Assembly: GCA_963838955.1 (NCBI GenBank) | Contig: CAWISZ010000002.1 | Coordinates: forward strand, 121,991 to 185,990 | DNA length: 64,000 nucleotides | Reading direction: 5' to 3' | Origin: an uncultured Thermoplasmata archaeon | GTDB lineage: Archaea; Thermoplasmatota; Thermoplasmata; Lutacidiplasmatales; UBA184 | Shown here: in pieces, positions 59,259-64,000 of the stretch | How positions within the stretch are numbered: position 1 is the stretch's first letter | Layout: every line of letters starts with the position of its first letter | Notes under the pieces: generated by a model | Told to the model about the DNA's origin: nothing | What the model saw: the letters and a program-made list of their open reading frames with translations, nothing else | The model's database searches: none | Position numbers and translations under genes: made by a program

Positions 59259-60349
59259 TGTTGGTATTTCCAACATCGATGCGTCCGGTCGCTCGAAACA
59301 TCGCGGTCATCGGGATCGTCGTGATCGCCGTGGGGGCCGGATTCGTGGGGGGATGGTACGCCGACCCCGCCGGATCGACCTCCTCGAGGGGCACCACCTC
59401 CACGCTCGCCGTCATCGCCGCGGGAACCCTCGGACCGAACCTGCCGTCGTTCGCTTCGAACTTCGCTAACCAGACTCCCGGAGTGCAGGCGCCGCTCTCG
59501 GCGCAGCTCTACGAAGGGAGTCTCGCCGCCGCCACGGCCCTGACCCAGCTCGGCCAGCCGTACGACGCCTTCGTCGCGGCGGACTTCCGGGTCATCCCCC
59601 AGCATCTCGAGCCCACTACCGCAAGCTGGGAGGTCGTCTTCGCGGCGGACCCGATGGTGCTCGCCTACGATCCGAGCGTCCCGGCGCTCGCCGGCATCAA
59701 TACCTCGAACTGGGCGAGCGTCATCGTCCAGCCCGGCATCACGCTCGGAACTCCCAACGCGAGTTCGGATCCCCTCGGGTACAACGCGATCTTCTCCATC
59801 GAGCTGGAGGACTCGCTCGACGACGCGCGAGGATCGTTCTACTCCCACTTCTACACGGGGAGCATGGGAAGCTTTGCGGGTCCGGTGACCGCGGTGACGA
59901 AGATCGTCCCCGAGACGCAGGCCTCCGCGGTCCTCTCCACGGGCACGGCGGACACCTACCTCATCTACCGCTCCTACGCGATCGCGGACCATCTTTCGTA
60001 CGTCGAACTCTCCCCCCACGTCAACCTCGCGGCGTACGATCCGACGTCCGTGACCAACGACACCGAGGCGTCGACCACGATCCTGTCGGGAACGACGACC
60101 AAGACCGTCGAGGGCGCACCGGTGCTGTTCGCCGCGACGGTGCCGAACACGGCTCCGAACGTTCCGCTCGGCGTCGCGTTCATCGCCTACCTGCTATCGA
60201 ACCAGACCTCGGCGACCTGGGCCGCCGACGGCTTCTCCGTCATCTCCCCGGCATGGACCGATCATCCGAACGCGATCCCCGCGGCGCTCGCCGGCTTCGC
60301 TCCCGAGTCCTTGCCGACGGTGCCGGCGTATCTCGCCGCGCTCTACTAG
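59255..60349 (+). CDS. wtpA: tungstate/molybdate ABC transporter substrate-binding protein (WtpA/ModA family)
   Basis: N-terminal TM/signal anchor, then periplasmic binding-protein fold; 364 aa. Confidence 0.75.
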   Translation: MMLVFPTSMRPVARNIAVIGIVVIAVGAGFVGGWYADPAGSTSSRGTTSTLAVIAAGTLGPNLPSFASNFANQTPGVQAPLSAQLYEGSLAAATALTQLGQPYDAFVAADFRVIPQHLEPTTASWEVVFAADPMVLAYDPSVPALAGINTSNWASVIVQPGITLGTPNASSDPLGYNAIFSIELEDSLDDARGSFYSHFYTGSMGSFAGPVTAVTKIVPETQASAVLSTGTADTYLIYRSYAIADHLSYVELSPHVNLAAYDPTSVTNDTEASTTILSGTTTKTVEGAPVLFAATVPNTAPNVPLGVAFIAYLLSNQTSATWAADGFSVISPAWTDHPNAIPAALAGFAPESLPTVPAYLAALY

Positions 60350-60364
60350 GGGCGGTTTCGACTC

Positions 60365-61222
60365 ATGACCGAGGACACGGTGGGGGACCGCGCGGCTCCG
60401 GTGCGACGCGCGGTGGGAGCGGTCCTCGCCGCGTCCCTGATCGGCCTGTTCGTCCTTCCGATCCTCGCGCTGTTCCTGTACGCGGGCTATGGCAACATCG
60501 CCAGTGCCGCGGGGAGCGCCGGGTTCCAGACGGCGCTGTACTTCACGCTCCTCGCCTCCGGGATCGCGGTCTGCTTCGGGATCCTCCTCGGCGTGCCCCT
60601 CGGCTACATCCTCGCACGTTACCGGTTCCCCGGCCGATCCATCGTCGAGTCGATCGTCCTCGTTCCCGTGATGATCCCCCACCTTATCGTCGGGATCTCG
60701 CTGCTCGTCCTCTTCGCACCGACGAACCCGTTCGGGGCGTGGGTCGCCGGGCTCGGGATCCCGATCTTCGATGCGATCTGGGGCGTCGTGCTGGTGATGG
60801 TGTACGTCGGCGCCTCGTACGTGGTGCTCACCAGCGAGCTCGCGTTCCGCTCGGTCGATAGGGAGGCGATAGAGGCCGCGCGATCGCTCGGAGCCTCGCC
60901 GACCGAGGCGTTCGCGACCGTGACGTTGCCTCAGGCCTTCCGCGGGATCGTGACCGGAAGCCTGCTGATGTGGGCCCGGGGGGTCAGCGAGATCGGCGGG
61001 TTCCTCATCCTCGCCTACGCCATCTACCCGAGCTTCCCGTACGGGGGGCCGGTGACGAATACGGCATCCGTGTACATCTACAACCTCTACTCCACGGCCG
61101 GCGTGCAGGCCGCCGCCGGGGCCTCGGCGCTCCTCGTGCTGGTCGCTCTCGCGGTCTTCGTCGGGGTCCGCCTCTTGGACCGCACGGGCATGGCGTGGAC
61201 GAAGGTGGGGTGGTTCGCCTGA
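60365..61222 (+). CDS. wtpB: tungstate/molybdate ABC transporter permease
   Basis: EAA-like loop region; 6 TM; 285 aa. Confidence 0.85.
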   Translation: MTEDTVGDRAAPVRRAVGAVLAASLIGLFVLPILALFLYAGYGNIASAAGSAGFQTALYFTLLASGIAVCFGILLGVPLGYILARYRFPGRSIVESIVLVPVMIPHLIVGISLLVLFAPTNPFGAWVAGLGIPIFDAIWGVVLVMVYVGASYVVLTSELAFRSVDREAIEAARSLGASPTEAFATVTLPQAFRGIVTGSLLMWARGVSEIGGFLILAYAIYPSFPYGGPVTNTASVYIYNLYSTAGVQAAAGASALLVLVALAVFVGVRLLDRTGMAWTKVGWFA

Positions 61223-62241
61223 CCGATGTGATTCTCTCGAACGTCGTGGTCGACCGGGATCGCTTCCGCATCGGCCCGATCGACCTCGAGCTCCGATCCG
61301 GCTCGGCGACGGTGCTCTTGGGCCCGTCCGGCGCCGGTAAGACCAGCCTATTGCGAGGGATCGCCGGATTCCTCCCGCTCCGTCGGGGCACCGTGCGCGT
61401 GGACGGCGCCGCCGTCGAGCGCTCCCCTCCGGAACGACGAGGATTCGGGTTCGTTCCTCCGGGTCTCGGACTGCTTCCCCACCGTCGGGTCCGCCAGAAC
61501 GTGAGCTATCCGCTCGATCTCCGCGGAGTCCCGGATGCGCGGGCCCGGGCGAAGCGCTGGATCGATCACTTCGAGCTTTCCGAATTCGCCGAGCGCTATC
61601 CCGCGCAGCTGAGCTCGGGCCAACGTCAACGCGTGGCGATGGCCCGCGCGCTCGCGGCGGAACCGCGCGCGCTCCTTTGGGACGAACCGCTCGCGGCCCT
61701 CGATGTGGAGAGCCGAGACGTACTGCTCCGACTCCTGCGCGATCTCATCGAGTCCGAGGGGATCCCGCTGCTGTTGGTCACGCACGACCCGGCGACCGCA
61801 TTCGCGCTCGCGTCGAACGTCGTGGTGCTGGAAGCCGGACGGGTCCGGTTCCAGGGAGAGGTGGCCGCTCTTCCGCACGCGCCCCTCGATCGGTTCATGG
61901 CGCGGTTCCTCGGCTTCGAGAATCTCTTCTCGCGGGGAGAACTCCTCGCCTCGGGCGATACCTCCCTCTCGCGCACCCTTCTCGGAGAGTCCGGCCCGGG
62001 CGGGATCGTGGTGCCCGACGACGCCTTGGGCTGGACCGACGCCGCTTCCGGCTCCGATCTCGCCCGGATCACCTCCGTACGATGGGCTCCGAGAGGTTGG
62101 ACGCTCACCGTACGTCAGGATGGGCTAACCTTGTTCGTGCACTCGCCAGCGAATTCCGTGCGCCTGCGGGTCGGAGATTCCGTCCGGCTGAGCCTCGATC
62201 CGACCCGGCTTCGGCCGCTCACCCTGGAGGGCGCGTCCTAG
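61210..62241 (+). CDS. wtpC: tungstate/molybdate ABC transporter ATP-binding protein with C-terminal TOBE domain
   Basis: GPSGAGKTS, LSSGQRQRV, LLWDEP; GTG start overlapping the wtpB stop. Confidence 0.85.
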   Translation: MVRLTDVILSNVVVDRDRFRIGPIDLELRSGSATVLLGPSGAGKTSLLRGIAGFLPLRRGTVRVDGAAVERSPPERRGFGFVPPGLGLLPHRRVRQNVSYPLDLRGVPDARARAKRWIDHFELSEFAERYPAQLSSGQRQRVAMARALAAEPRALLWDEPLAALDVESRDVLLRLLRDLIESEGIPLLLVTHDPATAFALASNVVVLEAGRVRFQGEVAALPHAPLDRFMARFLGFENLFSRGELLASGDTSLSRTLLGESGPGGIVVPDDALGWTDAASGSDLARITSVRWAPRGWTLTVRQDGLTLFVHSPANSVRLRVGDSVRLSLDPTRLRPLTLEGAS

Positions 62242-62243
62242 CG

Positions 62244-62879
62244 ATGGAACGGTGGCTGACCCCGATGGACGTCCGACTGCTGGCCCGACTTTCGACCACC
62301 CCGAACGTAGTTCGCGCCTCCCGCTCGTTGGGGATCCCGCGCGATCGCGCGGTCTATCGGCTCGCTCGGCTACACCGGCTCTACGGAGCTCCTGTGGTGC
62401 GCGCTCGCCGCGGGGGATCGACCCCCGGCGAGACCCAGCTCACGGCGCTCGGACGCCGACTCTTGCGCGACGCGCGTGAGGACCGGGCCGAGCCGCACTT
62501 CAACCGGTTCTCCGGCGTGTACCGTGCCGGTCGATCCCCGAAGGTCGATCTCGGCGAGGGACGCGAGCTCGAGGTCGGCTTCCGTGGGCGGGAAGGAGCG
62601 CCGGTGGAGGTCGCCATCGATCCTAGTTCGATCGTCATCGCCCGTCGTCCGGCGGAATTGAGTGCTCGCAATGCCCTCGCCGCCACGGTAGATTCCACCC
62701 ACGAGCACAATGCCCAGAGCGCGGAGCTCCGGGCCCTCTGGAGGGGGCTCGTCGTACGGGTGGGGATCACCCCGGGGTCGATCCGCCGACTCGCGCTGGT
62801 GCCGGGAGCGCGGGTGTACCTCTACGTGAAGGCCGTGTCCGTTCGTCGCGTCGCTACTCGCGGATCCCCTCGCTCGTGA
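62244..62879 (+). CDS. ModE-like molybdate-responsive regulator (HTH plus TOBE)
   Basis: N-terminal [32 protein letters not shown]; C-terminal TOBE-like barrel. Confidence 0.7.
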   Translation: MERWLTPMDVRLLARLSTTPNVVRASRSLGIPRDRAVYRLARLHRLYGAPVVRARRGGSTPGETQLTALGRRLLRDAREDRAEPHFNRFSGVYRAGRSPKVDLGEGRELEVGFRGREGAPVEVAIDPSSIVIARRPAELSARNALAATVDSTHEHNAQSAELRALWRGLVVRVGITPGSIRRLALVPGARVYLYVKAVSVRRVATRGSPRS

Positions 62880-63852
62880 GCGAGTAGACCGCCTCCCCCT
62901 CGGGGAGGTTCGGCGAGTCGATGAGGCGCGCGATGCGCTTGGGGGGCTTGGACTTGCGCAGGTAGAGTCGGTAGGTCGACGCGTGCGCGACGATGTTGCC
63001 TCCGATGGGACGGGTCGGATCGCCGAAGAGGATGTCGGGGCGCGACATGACCTGGTTCGTGACCACGACCGCCGCGTTGTAGATGTCGGCGAAGCGCAGG
63101 AGCTCGTGCAGGTGCTTGTTCAGGAGCTGCTGTCGGCGGGCGAGCTCGCCCCGTCCGGCGTACTCGGAGCGGAAGTGCGCGGTAAGGGAGTCGACCACGA
63201 GGAGGCGGATCGGACGCCGTCGCGCGAGCTCCTGGGCCTTCTGGACGAGGAGCATCTGGTGGCTCGAATTGAACGCCCGGGCGACGTGGATCTTGGTGAG
63301 GGCCTCCTGCGGATCGAGGCCGACGGCCTTCGACATGTCGATGATCCGCTCGGGCCGGAACGTGCTCTCGGTGTCGATGTAGACCGTCTCCCCGAGCAGT
63401 CCTCCCTGGGCTACGGGCAGTTGGACGTCCACCGCGATCTGGTGGGCGATCTGGGTCTTGCCGGTGCCGAACTCGCCCGCGAACTCGGTGATCGCCTGGG
63501 TCTCGACCCCGCCCCCGAGGAGCTCGTCCAGCGCTTTCGCGTTGAGCGTGATACGGCCCAGTTTCTTGCGCCGCTCGAGCACCTGGGTCCCGAGCTCGAA
63601 CCCGCCGACGTCGGCCTTACGGCGCGCCTCGCCGATGATCTTCTGGGCGGTGGCCAGTCCGATGTCCGCGGCCTCCGCGATATCTCCGGGGGAGGCGACG
63701 GCGAGTTCCATGAGGTCGGTATAGCCGGCCTCCCGCAGCTTGTCGGCCGTCGTAGTCCCGACGCCGGGGAGGTCCTCGAGCGCGGTCTCGGTCTTTTCGG
63801 GAACGGCCGGCTCCGCCGGCGGGGCTACGCGGACGATGGGTTTGGGCGACAC
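62854..63852 (-). CDS. radA: DNA repair and recombination protein RadA
   Basis: N-terminal HhH domain; Walker [10 protein letters not shown]; 332 aa; TAG stop. Confidence 0.95.
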   Translation of the reverse strand: MSPKPIVRVAPPAEPAVPEKTETALEDLPGVGTTTADKLREAGYTDLMELAVASPGDIAEAADIGLATAQKIIGEARRKADVGGFELGTQVLERRKKLGRITLNAKALDELLGGGVETQAITEFAGEFGTGKTQIAHQIAVDVQLPVAQGGLLGETVYIDTESTFRPERIIDMSKAVGLDPQEALTKIHVARAFNSSHQMLLVQKAQELARRRPIRLLVVDSLTAHFRSEYAGRGELARRQQLLNKHLHELLRFADIYNAAVVVTNQVMSRPDILFGDPTRPIGGNIVAHASTYRLYLRKSKPPKRIARLIDSPNLPEGEAVYSLTSEGIRE

Positions 63853-64000
63853 AATGCGATGAGTCGCGCCGGGGGAGATAAGGGTGGGGGAGGGGTCACG
63901 AAACGGCGGAATCTGCCGTCACGCGGACGGAGTGAACGGCTGCCCGGTCAGCCGCTGGTAGACGGTCGTGTACAAGCGACTGACCTCATCGACCAGGAGC

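Overview
High-GC (by eye roughly 63-66%) prokaryotic chromosomal segment, almost certainly archaeal. Supporting genes are radA (62854..63852, -), archaeal-type ftsZ (51754..52893), an RNase P Pop5-like gene, a Ta0938-like Zn protein and a Wtp/Mod-type tungstate/molybdate ABC transporter. An assignment to a Thermoplasmatota-like lineage would be inference only. Both strands are densely coded, with the usual high-GC artefact of long low-complexity shadow ORFs on the opposite strand; these are listed under rejected. The right third (about 51.7-64 kb) looks like ordinary core genome: ftsZ, pop5, purH, trxA, mutY-NUDIX, an orphan MIO ammonia-lyase, Ni-superoxide dismutase with its SodX protease, wtpABC plus a ModE-like regulator, and radA. 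The left two thirds are accessory-like and unusually scarred. They contain an IS630 element with recognisable inverted repeats, an IS1182 transposase, a RusA resolvase module, an MT-A70 methylase remnant, two pairs of 0.3-kb direct repeats that are duplicated gene ends, and remnants of a solA paralog and a methyltransferase paralog. At least seven genes have single-base frameshifts, all at short GGCC/CCGG-type runs, and two have in-frame stops (TAG in a YpeA-like GNAT, TGA in an NmrA-like gene). Also present: many GNAT, SAM-methyltransferase and redox genes; two paralogous ABC-2 exporter operons in inverted orientation around a 4-kb island; and a tightly overlapping three-gene operon (small protein, heme-oxygenase-like di-iron enzyme, Ta0938-like Cys4 protein) next to a GMC oxidoreductase and a membrane-anchored cupredoxin-like protein. 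That last cluster is my best candidate for an undescribed system. TAG, TGA and TAA all act as ordinary stops (radA ends in TAG, marR in TGA, ftsZ in TAA), so the in-frame stops are not evidence of recoding. No rRNA, tRNA or CRISPR array could be supported by eye.
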